Source: Patescibacteria group bacterium
Lineage (GTDB): Bacteria > Patescibacteriota > Microgenomatia > UBA1400 > PJMF01
Reading direction: 5' to 3'
Length of the DNA stretch: 64,000 nucleotides
Assembly (NCBI GenBank): GCA_041747555.1
Contig: JBGTEY010000013.1
Coordinates: 208,814-272,813, forward strand
The translations under genes and the position numbers were made by a program. Below are positions 40,868 through 50,652 of this stretch, one piece after another. Under the pieces are notes generated by a model that saw only the letters and a list, made by a program, of their open reading frames with translations, searched no databases and was not told where the DNA came from. The stretch's first letter is position 1; each line of letters begins with the position of its first letter.

Positions 40868-41548
40868 TCACCGTGACAGATTTTTATTATATTGTTCTTC
40901 AATCGCTTGCCAATCATTGTCACTAATTAAAATATAGCGAGCCCACCCGTTACGAAAATCTCCAGGATTGATGTATTTATGAGAATCATCAGTACTTCGA
41001 AAGTGAGAATGGCCACATATTAAAAAGTCATGAGTGGTGAGCTCGTTGGCGAGTGCAACAAGCTTTGTATGTAGTCTTTTTCGATATTTTGAATCGAATT
41101 TACGTGCAAGAATGCCCAATTTATTCTCCTTTTCTTTAATTTTATGGAGTTTTTGATAATGTTTTCCGAATTTGCCTGTGAATCGTGGAAATAAATCATC
41201 AATTTCTGGCACTTCTAGATGCCCGTGCATCACCAGCGCTTGGTTTTCGCCGATAGAAAGTGTATGTTTGAAGCCCTGTACGTCAGAAAAAAGTGATGCT
41301 CGCTCATCCACAAACACTGGCTTGTCATGATTTCCATATAAATAGACCGCATTTTTTTCTTTAAGTAAAGGAAATAATTGCTTCCATGGGGATGAAATAA
41401 ACTCGTCAAACGATGTGAGATATGCATCCCAAAAATCTCCGTTAATTATCACCCGATCAACGTCAGAAATAACTGATGCAAGGGCATTAAAATGTGCCTC
41501 ATCAAATTCATGAGAAAGGTGAGTATCAGAAAAAATAAGTGTCTTCAC
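40868..41548 (-). CDS. Calcineurin-like metallophosphoesterase
   Basis: SDTH, NGDFWD, GNHD, HGH, GHSH. Confidence 0.9.
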   Translation of the reverse strand: MKTLIFSDTHLSHEFDEAHFNALASVISDVDRVIINGDFWDAYLTSFDEFISSPWKQLFPLLKEKNAVYLYGNHDKPVFVDERASLFSDVQGFKHTLSIGENQALVMHGHLEVPEIDDLFPRFTGKFGKHYQKLHKIKEKENKLGILARKFDSKYRKRLHTKLVALANELTTHDFLICGHSHFRSTDDSHKYINPGDFRNGWARYILISDNDWQAIEEQYNKNLSR

Positions 41549-41631
41549 AACGACGGATTATACCAGAAGGGCTCAATTAACCTGATGCGTAGTTGAAGAT
41601 TAAGCCTAACTTATATACCATACTGTTTGGT

Positions 41632-42273
41632 ATGAACGTTCTAAAAACAATAACCGCCAGATACATGAACAAGAATAAGGACTATGACAAGTCTTATTAT
41701 GTGAACAATCATATCAATAGAATTAATTCAGTGTACGGTTTTATTATCAAAATGTACTATGACTATACTGCCTGGTACGCAATGGCTAGTCCGGCCCAAC
41801 TGAAAAAAGGCGATACTGTTTTGGATATTGGTTGTGGAGTAGGGATTTTGGTCGAACAATTCAAAAATAGAGGGTATCAAGTGACTGGAGTAGACGTCAA
41901 CGAGGAAGCGATAGAAAATTCGATTGCGCCGAGTGACTGCCTTCTGGTTGAATCAACTGCTAATCTTTCATACCCCGATGATTATTTTGACCTTGTAGTA
42001 AGTAGGGAGGTACTTGAGCATATACCTGAAGAAAAAATTGATGCGTGTATTAAGGAATGGCGTCGAGTTTCAAAAGGCAAGATGATTCACATCATCGCGG
42101 TAAAGGAGCGAGGCAAAAGCGCAACTGATGATCCTGCACATATAAACGTTCAAACAGAACAATGGTGGATGAACAAGTTTAGAAGACATGGATTTGATGT
42201 CATAAAACAACCAAAAAAATATTTTTTCTCTCCATTTGGGAGTGAGGGTTATTTCATGTGTATCGAAAAATGA
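41632..42273 (+). CDS. Class I SAM-dependent methyltransferase
   Basis: VLDIGCGVG, GVDVN, FDLVVSREVLEHI; start uncertain (41632 or 41665). Confidence 0.88.
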   Translation: MNVLKTITARYMNKNKDYDKSYYVNNHINRINSVYGFIIKMYYDYTAWYAMASPAQLKKGDTVLDIGCGVGILVEQFKNRGYQVTGVDVNEEAIENSIAPSDCLLVESTANLSYPDDYFDLVVSREVLEHIPEEKIDACIKEWRRVSKGKMIHIIAVKERGKSATDDPAHINVQTEQWWMNKFRRHGFDVIKQPKKYFFSPFGSEGYFMCIEK

Positions 42274-42346
42274 GCGGGAAACGGGATTCGAACCCGCGAC
42301 CTTCTCCTTGGAAGGGAGACGCTCTAGCCAGCTGAGCTATTCCCGC
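42273..42346 (-). tRNA. tRNA-Gly(UCC)
   Basis: GCGGGAA/TTCCCGC acceptor, U73, anticodon arm TCTCC-CTTCCAA-GGAGA. Confidence 0.96.
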
Positions 42347-42490
42347 GATGTCAGGTATTGTACTGCGTTGTCAGGGTGATGTAAACAATGGCACGAAGCA
42401 ACTATGTGATGCTATGAAATCACTATCAAATAACACAGTACAGGATGAAGCGGAGGTGGTATAATCTTGCTATTGTCTCGGCGATTTCAA

Positions 42491-42574
42491 GCCTCGGTGG
42501 CGGAATTGGTATACGCGACAGACTTAAAATCTGTTGGCTTCACAGCCTTGTGGGTTCGAGTCCCACCCGAGGCA
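42491..42574 (+). tRNA. tRNA-Leu(UAA)
   Basis: GCCTCGG/CCGAGGC acceptor, ACAGA-CTTAAAA-TCTGT, long variable arm. Confidence 0.96.
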
Positions 42575-42602
42575 CACGCATTTGCGGGCATCGTGGAAAT
42601 AG

Positions 42603-42665
42603 CGTGGAAACAAATTGAACACATTTATACGTCTGGATTTTAATGTATAATTTCCACGTGGAATG
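42603..42665. repeat. Paired parS-like boxes, copy 2 of the dispersed ~62-bp element
   Basis: CGTGGAAAC at 42603 and perfect palindrome TTCCACGTGGAA at 42652-42663; a third CGTGGAAA at 42592. Confidence 0.55.
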
Positions 42666-42671
42666 TAATTA

Positions 42672-42745
42672 CGGGGAGTAGCTCAGATGGCTAGAGTGCA
42701 CGCTTTGGGAGCGTGAGGTCGCAGGTTCGAGTCCTGTCTCCCCGA
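42672..42745 (+). tRNA. tRNA-Pro(UGG)
   Basis: CGGGGAG/CTCCCCG acceptor, CACGC-TTTGGGA-GCGTG. Confidence 0.96.
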
Positions 42746-42874
42746 CAGTCAAAAACATCTGAATAATGTCTTGCAAACCACACTAAAACTGCCTGCTTGG
42801 ATAAGATCTCAATTAATTTCGAGATGAAAAACAGAAGTCAATTAAGCTACATAGTTCCATTAAGTAACAATAGA

Positions 42875-43051
42875 CTACCCATTGTCTTGAGTTTCTTTAC
42901 GCTTTCTAGCAGCTTCCCTACTCTTTTCTATGTCCGCTTCCATCTGCTCTTGAGTAACATCAAATGGCCATCTGCCAGCCCCAACAACTAATTTAACTTC
43001 TTGTGCTATTCTTGCGTTAGTCTCTTTTTCTGAAGTTTCTTTTTCTGACAT
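42875..43051 (-). CDS. Small hypothetical protein (58 aa, below ORF-track cutoff)
   Basis: MSEKETSEKETNARIAQEVKLVVGAGRWPFDVTQEQMEADIEKSREAARKRKETQDNG; AAGGA upstream. Confidence 0.5.
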   Translation of the reverse strand: MSEKETSEKETNARIAQEVKLVVGAGRWPFDVTQEQMEADIEKSREAARKRKETQDNG

Positions 43052-43313
43052 ATATACAATTTCCTTCTTGCAAATACATTACTACTACAGCAATTCTAAT
43101 TCTATCATTACTATCATATAAAACACAAATCTGCTAAAGAATATTTACATAATTATTAAAAACTATTGGTCGCTTGATCTGAAACTGAGATATCATTCAA
43201 TTCCACAGATCCGATAAAATGAGCCATTTACCGCCAGCGTTTGCTACTAAAATGAACAGGCAAGAATCTCAAAGAGTGAAACTAGGAATGTCCGCAACTA
43301 AAACAATATATCT

Positions 43314-43781
43314 TTACCGAGTCAAAAAATCTAATAATATCAGATTGAGCCCTCGAAAAAGATTTGGGTCTTTTTTTGCAAGAATCTTCTCTCGGGTAAA
43401 TTCCAAAGGTATACTTGAGTTAGACGCTCCGGTCTGCTCAGTAACAGAAATCAACTGACCTTGCGAATCAAATAGGATTGTGTATTGCTGCAGAGGCTGT
43501 GCTTGCAACGAACGATCACCATCTGAGCTGATGGGAAGTAGTCGTATTTGCAATTGTAGATCTTGCACTAAGAACTGAGCTTCAGTATGACCTTCTGCGA
43601 GAGGATAGCGAAACTCCTTACTCGTTGCGGCACCAACAGTCTTGAGAAGTTGCTCGAGTTGTTGAACGAGGGCTTCTGCTTTAAAACGCGTTGGTTCGTA
43701 CTCCAAATCCACCGATGGAAACTCTGGTTCCAATGTAGTTAGGGACTTTTCTTTTTCTACGAGTGCGGCACCTGTTGACAT
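43314..43781 (-). CDS. Hypothetical protein
   Basis: 155-aa ORF; TGATATAAT 6 nt upstream of the ATG. Confidence 0.7.
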   Translation of the reverse strand: MSTGAALVEKEKSLTTLEPEFPSVDLEYEPTRFKAEALVQQLEQLLKTVGAATSKEFRYPLAEGHTEAQFLVQDLQLQIRLLPISSDGDRSLQAQPLQQYTILFDSQGQLISVTEQTGASNSSIPLEFTREKILAKKDPNLFRGLNLILLDFLTR

Positions 43782-43876
43782 ACATGTATTATATCAAAAA
43801 CCATCAAAATAGGGTTATACGTTTGAGATGACCCAGACTGGAAGCCCATATCTTTGCGTCGTATACTACCTTCTAT

Positions 43877-44689
43877 ATGAAGCTCGCACTAGATACGTTC
43901 AAAATCTACATCCACCGTTGGTATCAGCAACACGGCCGCCACGAGCTTCCCTGGCGCGTCACAAGCGACCCCTACCACATTATGATCTCTGAGTTAATGC
44001 TTCAACAGACTCAAGTTGAGCGTGTTATTCCCAAGTATACTAAGTTTTTATTACATTTTCCTGACACAAAGACACTCGCCAACGCTAGTTTGGCTGAGGT
44101 ACTAGTGCTGTGGCAAGGACTTGGATACAACAGACGAGCAAAGTATCTTCATCAAACTGCCCAAAAGATTGTTTCTACAGACAACAAATTTCCTAATGAT
44201 TTTTCCACGTTAATTTCTCTCCCTGGAATAGGTAATTACACAGCAGCTGCCATCATGAATTTTGCATTCGGTGTGGCAACTCCGCTCATTGAAACCAATG
44301 TTCGAACTGTTTTTTTGTATCATTTTTTTCCGGATCAGAAAGATGTTGACGATGTGCAGCTACTGCCCTTTATTGAGGAATCACTTGATCATGCTCACCC
44401 CAGGGAATGGTTTTGGGCACTAATGGATTATGGTGCTTACCTTAAGAAGGCGGTATCTAATCCCAATCGGCGAAGTAAGCAGTACGCGAAACAATCAACA
44501 TTTTCAGGATCGAAGCGTCAAGTGCGTGGAGCGGTTATACGTTTTTTAAGTACGAATGTAAATGCTAACAGACTTGAGCTAGAGTCTGCAATCGCAGGAG
44601 ACATGAAATTTTTACCCGATGTGTTGCATGATTTGAAAAACGAAAAACTGATTAGAGAGCGCAGTGGCAGGTTTTCCCTGGCAGTGTAG
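43877..44689 (+). CDS. mutY: A/G-specific adenine glycosylase, short form lacking Fe-S cysteines
   Basis: RHELPWR, PYHIMISELMLQQTQV, WQGLGYNRRA, LPGIGNYTA HhH motif, ALMDYG. Confidence 0.9.
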   Translation: MKLALDTFKIYIHRWYQQHGRHELPWRVTSDPYHIMISELMLQQTQVERVIPKYTKFLLHFPDTKTLANASLAEVLVLWQGLGYNRRAKYLHQTAQKIVSTDNKFPNDFSTLISLPGIGNYTAAAIMNFAFGVATPLIETNVRTVFLYHFFPDQKDVDDVQLLPFIEESLDHAHPREWFWALMDYGAYLKKAVSNPNRRSKQYAKQSTFSGSKRQVRGAVIRFLSTNVNANRLELESAIAGDMKFLPDVLHDLKNEKLIRERSGRFSLAV

Positions 44690-44698
44690 AATACACTC

Positions 44699-45655
44699 AT
44701 GACAAGAACGCATTTTTCAGTAGTAGGCCTCGGCGGCACTTTTGACCATTTTCACAAAGGACATGAGGATTTTATTCGATTTGCTGCCAATCTTGGTGAT
44801 TCATTAATCATCGGAGTCACTGATGATCTCTTGCCGCTAGGCAAACCACTCGCCGACCTGCTCCAACCACATTGGGTACGTATTGCTGCAGTGAGAAAGT
44901 TCTGCGATCGAGAAAATATCACTGCAACGTGTGTTATCTTGCATGATGCATTTGGCCCCACCATTGAACCTTCAAGAATTGCAGCGCTTGCGGTTACTAC
45001 AGATACTGCTTCTGGTGCAGATGCCATTAATGTAATTCGAGAAAAGATGAGAATGCCAACGTTGCCCGTATATATTCAGAATCTCACTCTTGATGAAAGC
45101 GGCAAACCAATTACATCTCAACGCATCCGAGCAGGGGAGATTAACAGGTTGGGAACGGTGTACGCTGAAATTTTCACCAGTGATATTACACTATCGAGTC
45201 CACAAAGAGATTTTTTCTCAAAGCCACAAGGAGAAATTGTGGAACAACCATCAATATCGCCAATTACTTGTGTAGTAGGGGATGTTTGTCTATCAACATT
45301 TAGAGAAAACGAGTGGAATTATGACCTTGGAGTTTTTGATCACAAAACACAGCGCGTTGAAAATATAGTTGGCGATCTTGACACAATACAAGCTGACGTA
45401 AAAATTACAAACCATGCTGGAAGCATTTCGGCAGATCTCATTAAGGCACTTCAATCGTGGCACAAAAAACAGTATCAGCACCTTCAAATTGAGGGTGAAG
45501 AGGACTTAGTTACAGTAGCCCTTGCGCTCACACTACCCCTTGAATCGCATATTTATTACGGCCAACCAGATAAGGGAATGATTGAACTCGTAGTCACAGA
45601 AGAGATTAAAGACGCTTTTTATGAAATCCTAATCGATCAAGGAGACACAGAGTAA
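44699..45655 (+). CDS. Archaeal/eukaryote-type phosphopantetheine adenylyltransferase fused to DUF359 (GTP-dependent dephospho-CoA kinase-like)
   Basis: GGTFDHFHKGH, GVTDD, DAFGP, ITSQRIRAGEI; then VVGD, DHKTQR, N.AGSIS, IEGEEDL, YYGQP.KG. Confidence 0.88.
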   Translation: MTRTHFSVVGLGGTFDHFHKGHEDFIRFAANLGDSLIIGVTDDLLPLGKPLADLLQPHWVRIAAVRKFCDRENITATCVILHDAFGPTIEPSRIAALAVTTDTASGADAINVIREKMRMPTLPVYIQNLTLDESGKPITSQRIRAGEINRLGTVYAEIFTSDITLSSPQRDFFSKPQGEIVEQPSISPITCVVGDVCLSTFRENEWNYDLGVFDHKTQRVENIVGDLDTIQADVKITNHAGSISADLIKALQSWHKKQYQHLQIEGEEDLVTVALALTLPLESHIYYGQPDKGMIELVVTEEIKDAFYEILIDQGDTE

Positions 45656-45657
45656 GT

Positions 45658-46845
45658 ATGCCACTCGCATCGCTATTGAGACCAAATACATTTGATGATT
45701 TCATTGGGCAATCGCATTTAGTTGGTAAAAATAAACCTATTTCATTAAGTATAGAAAAAAATCATGTATTCTCGATGATTCTTTGGGGTCCACCAGGGGT
45801 AGGAAAAACAACTCTAGCGCGATTAATTAGCAAAGCGCATGGCAGAGCATACCACGAGCTGTCCGCGGTCTCAGCTTCAAAGCAAGATTTGCGCGATATT
45901 ATCGAAAAAACATCTCAACAAAAACAATTATTAGAAAGCTATGAACCACCAATTGTGTTTCTTGATGAGATACATCGGTTTAATAAAGCGCAACAAGATT
46001 ACCTACTTCCTCATGTTGAGACAGGTGCGATCATTTTGATCGGCGCCACAACAGAGAATCCAAGTTTTGAGGTCATTTCAGCCTTACTTTCAAGAACAAA
46101 AGTCTATGTACTCAAACCACATGGTGATGCTGACATAGCTAAAATAATTACACGCGCACTTTCCACACTAGATCAAAAAAAGATTCCACAAAAAACTATT
46201 GACTGGCTCATCGCCTATGCCAGCGGAGATGCACGCAAGCTTCTCAATCTTTTAGAACACACCCATAATCTCTACAAAACCATTACGATCAAACATCTAA
46301 AACAATCTGCACAAAGCAATCAACTATCATACGATAAACAAGGCGATGCTCATTACGATACGATCAGTGCATTTATCAAATCTATGCGAGCAAGTAATGT
46401 TGATGCATCGCTCTATTATTTAGCTAGAATGGTTGACGCAGGTGAAGACCCAAAATTTATTGCCAGGCGGATGGTAATTTTTGCCAGTGAAGATATCGGT
46501 TTGGCAAATCCAACAGCACTCGTTGTCGCAAATGAAGTGTTTGCTGCGGTTGAGCGAATCGGATACCCAGAGGCACAAATAAATCTAGCTCATGGTGTAG
46601 CACACCTTGCACGTTGTAAAAAAGATCGCCGTGCGTACGATGCTTTTTTTGCGGCACTCAAAGACGTGCAGACGTTTGGCGCATTACCCGTGCCAATGAA
46701 CCTTAGAAATGCACCAACAACGCTCATGAAAAAAGAAGGGTATGGTGCTGGGTATGAAATGTATCCTGACACCAAAGTTTCATTGCTGCCAGATAAATTA
46801 AAAAATAAAAAATATTTACAACGCCAAGATACTGATTCAGATTAG
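45658..46845 (+). CDS. rarA: Replication-associated recombination protein A (MgsA)
   Basis: WGPPGVGKTT, FLDEIHRFNKAQQD, GATTENPSF, HYDTISAFIKSMR, ASEDIGLANP. Confidence 0.96.
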   Translation: MPLASLLRPNTFDDFIGQSHLVGKNKPISLSIEKNHVFSMILWGPPGVGKTTLARLISKAHGRAYHELSAVSASKQDLRDIIEKTSQQKQLLESYEPPIVFLDEIHRFNKAQQDYLLPHVETGAIILIGATTENPSFEVISALLSRTKVYVLKPHGDADIAKIITRALSTLDQKKIPQKTIDWLIAYASGDARKLLNLLEHTHNLYKTITIKHLKQSAQSNQLSYDKQGDAHYDTISAFIKSMRASNVDASLYYLARMVDAGEDPKFIARRMVIFASEDIGLANPTALVVANEVFAAVERIGYPEAQINLAHGVAHLARCKKDRRAYDAFFAALKDVQTFGALPVPMNLRNAPTTLMKKEGYGAGYEMYPDTKVSLLPDKLKNKKYLQRQDTDSD

Positions 46846-46897
46846 CACTGCTCCAACACGCTAGGTGTGTGTAAGAGTGTTATTCCATACTAAGGCA

Positions 46898-48397
46898 GTG
46901 ACACTAGAAGAAGCACTTCTAAACTACTTTGGGTACCGTGAATTTCGAGATGGGCAGCGGGAAATAGTGACTGCACTCATCAAGGGAAGAGATGTGCTCG
47001 CGCTCTTACCAACTGGTGGAGGAAAATCAATATGCTTTCAATTACCCGCACTGTTGCGACCAGGCGTTACCATCGTCATTTCACCCCTCATTTCTCTCAT
47101 GTACGATCAGGTTCAGGCGCTTGTGGGCAAAGGCATTCCTGCCTGCAACATTACGAGCGCCGCTCCCAAGATTGAGCGTGAAAAGCTCATCAAAGAAATT
47201 CTAGAAGGTAAATATAAAATCGTTTATGTCTCACCGGAGCGGTTTGCGTCCACCATATTTCAAACGAGTTTAAAACAGATCGACATCTCTCTGATTGCGG
47301 TTGACGAAGCGCATTGCCTAGTCGAGTGGGGGCACGATTTTCGACCGCCGTATAGGGAGATTGGGAGCATCATTGCTGACTGGGACAGACGACCGCCCAT
47401 TGCTGCATTTACCGCCACGGCCACACCAACTACCGCACTTGAAATTATCAGTTCATTGAGACTGAGAGATCCCTATAAAAACGCTGCCGATTTTGCCAGA
47501 GATAATCTACATATAACGGTGATACGTCCATCCAACACTTTCTTTCATGCTTTGTTATTTTTGCGTCTCTTGGTTCGTCACAATCATCAATCTGGAATCG
47601 TGTATGTGAGCACAAGAAAGGCCGCGCGACAATTTGCAACGCTTATACAAGAATTTGCCTCAATAATTGATCAGTACCCTCGGCCTGTTTTAATCTATCA
47701 TGGCGGGCTGACAGCGCAAGAAAGACAGACTGCTCAAGACGAATTTATTTCCCAACCAAGGGCGGTAATAGTAGCTACAAATGCATTTGGCATGGGCGTT
47801 GACAAACCGAATACAAGATTTGTAATTCATGTTCAGGTTCCAGGCACTATTGAGGCTTATTATCAAGAAATTGGCAGGGCAGGGCGAGACGGTGCGCCAG
47901 CATGGTGCTATTTTTTATATGATTATCGATCGCTGACTATTCAGCGCTCCATGATTTCTCAAAGTAAACAAACTGATATTCGAACAGAAAAGTTTCACAC
48001 ACTCCTTTCATACATTTTTGGTGCAAAATGCAGGATGTCTACGCTAGTTTCATACTTTTCACCTGAAGTAGACTCCAATCAAATTGACTGTGGAAAGTGT
48101 GATAACTGCACTCAAAATACCGCAATGCAATCCCCAATACCTCATCCCCTCTTTCAAATCACATCACCACTAGAGACCAAAACAATTAAGCGTCTCGTGC
48201 GCAAACTCAGAAATTTCAACAATTCATCTGAGCTCTCCTGCACTGACGCCCAGCTTGCTTACCTCGCCCACGCTCGACCAATCGGTATTCAAAACGCGCG
48301 ACAACTACCAGCGATCGGGGATGGCTGGCTCAAAAATTGGTGGCCAATCGTAAAACCCATGCTCCCAGGCACACATATGATACAATTACCCGAATAA
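46898..48397 (+). CDS. recQ: RecQ-family ATP-dependent DNA helicase
   Basis: FGYREFRDGQ, PTGGGKS, VDEAHC..EWGHDFRP, ATNAFGMGVDKP, QEIGRAGRDG, C...CGKCDNC; winged-helix region appears absent. Confidence 0.93.
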   Translation: MTLEEALLNYFGYREFRDGQREIVTALIKGRDVLALLPTGGGKSICFQLPALLRPGVTIVISPLISLMYDQVQALVGKGIPACNITSAAPKIEREKLIKEILEGKYKIVYVSPERFASTIFQTSLKQIDISLIAVDEAHCLVEWGHDFRPPYREIGSIIADWDRRPPIAAFTATATPTTALEIISSLRLRDPYKNAADFARDNLHITVIRPSNTFFHALLFLRLLVRHNHQSGIVYVSTRKAARQFATLIQEFASIIDQYPRPVLIYHGGLTAQERQTAQDEFISQPRAVIVATNAFGMGVDKPNTRFVIHVQVPGTIEAYYQEIGRAGRDGAPAWCYFLYDYRSLTIQRSMISQSKQTDIRTEKFHTLLSYIFGAKCRMSTLVSYFSPEVDSNQIDCGKCDNCTQNTAMQSPIPHPLFQITSPLETKTIKRLVRKLRNFNNSSELSCTDAQLAYLAHARPIGIQNARQLPAIGDGWLKNWWPIVKPMLPGTHMIQLPE

Positions 48398-48439
48398 GTG
48401 TTGATCGATACGACTATTTTAAAACAGCAAGGAAACAAC

Positions 48440-48784
48440 ATGACAATACAACATTTAGTAGAGGAATACGCAAAAATTGGCGCATTCTTAAACGAAAAAT
48501 GGCCACTAAAAAACCACGATCAACGCGTCTTTGCCCGAACCATGAAAGTTGTGGAAGAACTTGGTGAGCTCGCGGATGAACTCCTCACCAGCATGAATCT
48601 TCAAAGAAGTCATAAAATTGCTCAATTCAGTAGAGAAAATGTTGAAGATGAGTTTGCAGATGTACTCGCATCACTGATACTACTCGCAAATGAACTCGGA
48701 ATTGATGTTGAAGCAGTGATGCAGAAAAAAATTGAATTTACTCGTGACAGATTTGAGATGGAAGAGGAGACTTCGAATAAGTAA
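48440..48784 (+). CDS. MazG-like NTP pyrophosphohydrolase
   Basis: KVVEELGELA...EDEFADVL motif. Confidence 0.85.
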   Translation: MTIQHLVEEYAKIGAFLNEKWPLKNHDQRVFARTMKVVEELGELADELLTSMNLQRSHKIAQFSRENVEDEFADVLASLILLANELGIDVEAVMQKKIEFTRDRFEMEEETSNK

Positions 48785-48799
48785 CGCAGCAAAAATGCA

Positions 48800-50629
48800 T
48801 TACTGTGAAATTCTCATCACCTGATACATTCCACGGTCAGAAAAACCTTTTTTTCTATAGTAAGGTCGTGTACCAACCGCAGAAATAACTGCCAACTCAG
48901 AAAATCCTTCACTTGAGGATAGTTCCGTTGCTCGGGCAATCAACTGCGTTCCATATCCTTGATGCTGAGACGCCGAACTTTTTTCTTTCCCAATTTCCAC
49001 AACGGTTCCATAAACATGGATCTCTCTAATTACGGCTGCTTTCTTTAAATCTTCCATAAACGATTCTTTAGTTGGCAAGCTCAAGCGCAAAAACGCCAAT
49101 AGTTTCTCTTCTCCTGTTGAGGAAGGTGCAACGAACTGCAAAAAAACCTCAGTGCTCGTTGATGTCTGGTATCGAATCTCATCCAATCTGACTTGAGTCT
49201 CGTCCACCACCTCATTTCGCACTTCACGCGCTCTGATATCCCTAATTACTCCACCTGATTTTTTGATCTGCTCTGTAACTATCTGGCGAAAGTTAGTCAA
49301 GGTATTTCCAACCACAATATCAGGTGAAGGTATGTCTCTAATCACCCGCGTAAGTCTGCAGTACTCTGGTGTGAAAAGCATGGAATGTACAAGAACTTCA
49401 GCAAGTTCAGTTTTTGTGTACGGTTTCCACTTACCTTGTTTGTAGTACTGCATTAATTCTGCACTTTGAATTAATGAACAGGGGTATATTTTTAGCTCAT
49501 CAGGTCTAAAATCAGGATCGGTGAATAAAAGCTCAAAATCCTTCTTGTCCGCTTCCACACTCGATCCGTGCAAATTTGCCATCCAGTGCGCATGAATTTT
49601 AAACCCTGCCTGACGAAGTAACCCAATCGCATGCCTTGATGCCGCAACGTCATGCCCGCGATTATTTTTTATTAATACAGAATCCTGCAGGCTCTGCAAA
49701 CCTATCTGAGTCTTTGTGCAACCAAGGCGTCGAATTCGTTTAACCTCAGCCATAGAAATATTATCTGGGCGTGTCTCGATCACCAGTCCAACGCTTCGAC
49801 ACGCTGCTGTTTCATTTCTGAGCTGTTCATACTCCAGCTCCTCCCAAGTCGCGCTCTGATACGCATCAAACCCACCCTTTTTCTCTGGAGCCACATACAT
49901 TTTTGAAACAACTTGATTATAGGTCTCACTCAGGTGTTCACCATCAATTTCTTTTCCTGCAGTTACTGATTTATTATGCAAAGGATCTGAAGTTGGAGCA
50001 TGCTCTTTTTTTTCTAAAAGTGATCGCTGCATCGACTCATAGTGGTCAAGCACTGCTTGCCGGCCATCCACCGTTCCAAAGTCATTGAGTGCGCGAAAGC
50101 ATTCTTTTATAAACCAAATTTGATATTTTTCAGGATAATATGACCATGTTCCGCCCAAAATAATTAGTTCAGTTTTTTCCACAATGTGACCAATATTCTC
50201 GAGCGCTTGGAGTCGATTGTAGGTCTGCAAGTACGGATCAAACCAATTTCTTTCTGCCCGTTGGGCACCCGGCTCATCAGATAAATAGCTTTTGGGCATC
50301 CGCACATCATTGGGACAAAAAATGCATTTTCCAGGACAAGGGAATGGCTTAGTAAGCACGGTCACTGGCGAAACTCCAGACATTGTACGAACAGGCTTCA
50401 TCTTGAGCTTGGCAATCATGGCACGGTCAAATTTTTTCAGTCCATGATCTCCCGCCAAATGCTTATAAGCAAAAATAAGCTGGTCTTTGGCAAACACACC
50501 ACCTTCAGGCTTGGCAAATTTTTTAGCCATTTTCTGATAGACTTTGGTGCTCAAATTGTCTGCTTTTTCTATAGCTTTCAAAAAGGGAACCAATTGCTCA
50601 AGATAGCGAGTATAATCAAAGGACTGCAT
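48800..50629 (-). CDS. elp3: Elp3 tRNA uridine(34) carboxymethyltransferase (radical SAM + KAT)
   Basis: PCPGKCIFCP, PKSY...EPG, ETRPD, LKIYP, RVIRDIP, IREIHVYG, QHQGYG, VISAVGTRPYYRKKG. Confidence 0.95.
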   Translation of the reverse strand: MQSFDYTRYLEQLVPFLKAIEKADNLSTKVYQKMAKKFAKPEGGVFAKDQLIFAYKHLAGDHGLKKFDRAMIAKLKMKPVRTMSGVSPVTVLTKPFPCPGKCIFCPNDVRMPKSYLSDEPGAQRAERNWFDPYLQTYNRLQALENIGHIVEKTELIILGGTWSYYPEKYQIWFIKECFRALNDFGTVDGRQAVLDHYESMQRSLLEKKEHAPTSDPLHNKSVTAGKEIDGEHLSETYNQVVSKMYVAPEKKGGFDAYQSATWEELEYEQLRNETAACRSVGLVIETRPDNISMAEVKRIRRLGCTKTQIGLQSLQDSVLIKNNRGHDVAASRHAIGLLRQAGFKIHAHWMANLHGSSVEADKKDFELLFTDPDFRPDELKIYPCSLIQSAELMQYYKQGKWKPYTKTELAEVLVHSMLFTPEYCRLTRVIRDIPSPDIVVGNTLTNFRQIVTEQIKKSGGVIRDIRAREVRNEVVDETQVRLDEIRYQTSTSTEVFLQFVAPSSTGEEKLLAFLRLSLPTKESFMEDLKKAAVIREIHVYGTVVEIGKEKSSASQHQGYGTQLIARATELSSSEGFSELAVISAVGTRPYYRKKGFSDRGMYQVMRISQ

Positions 50630-50652
50630 AGAATCAGATATTATACGGGACA

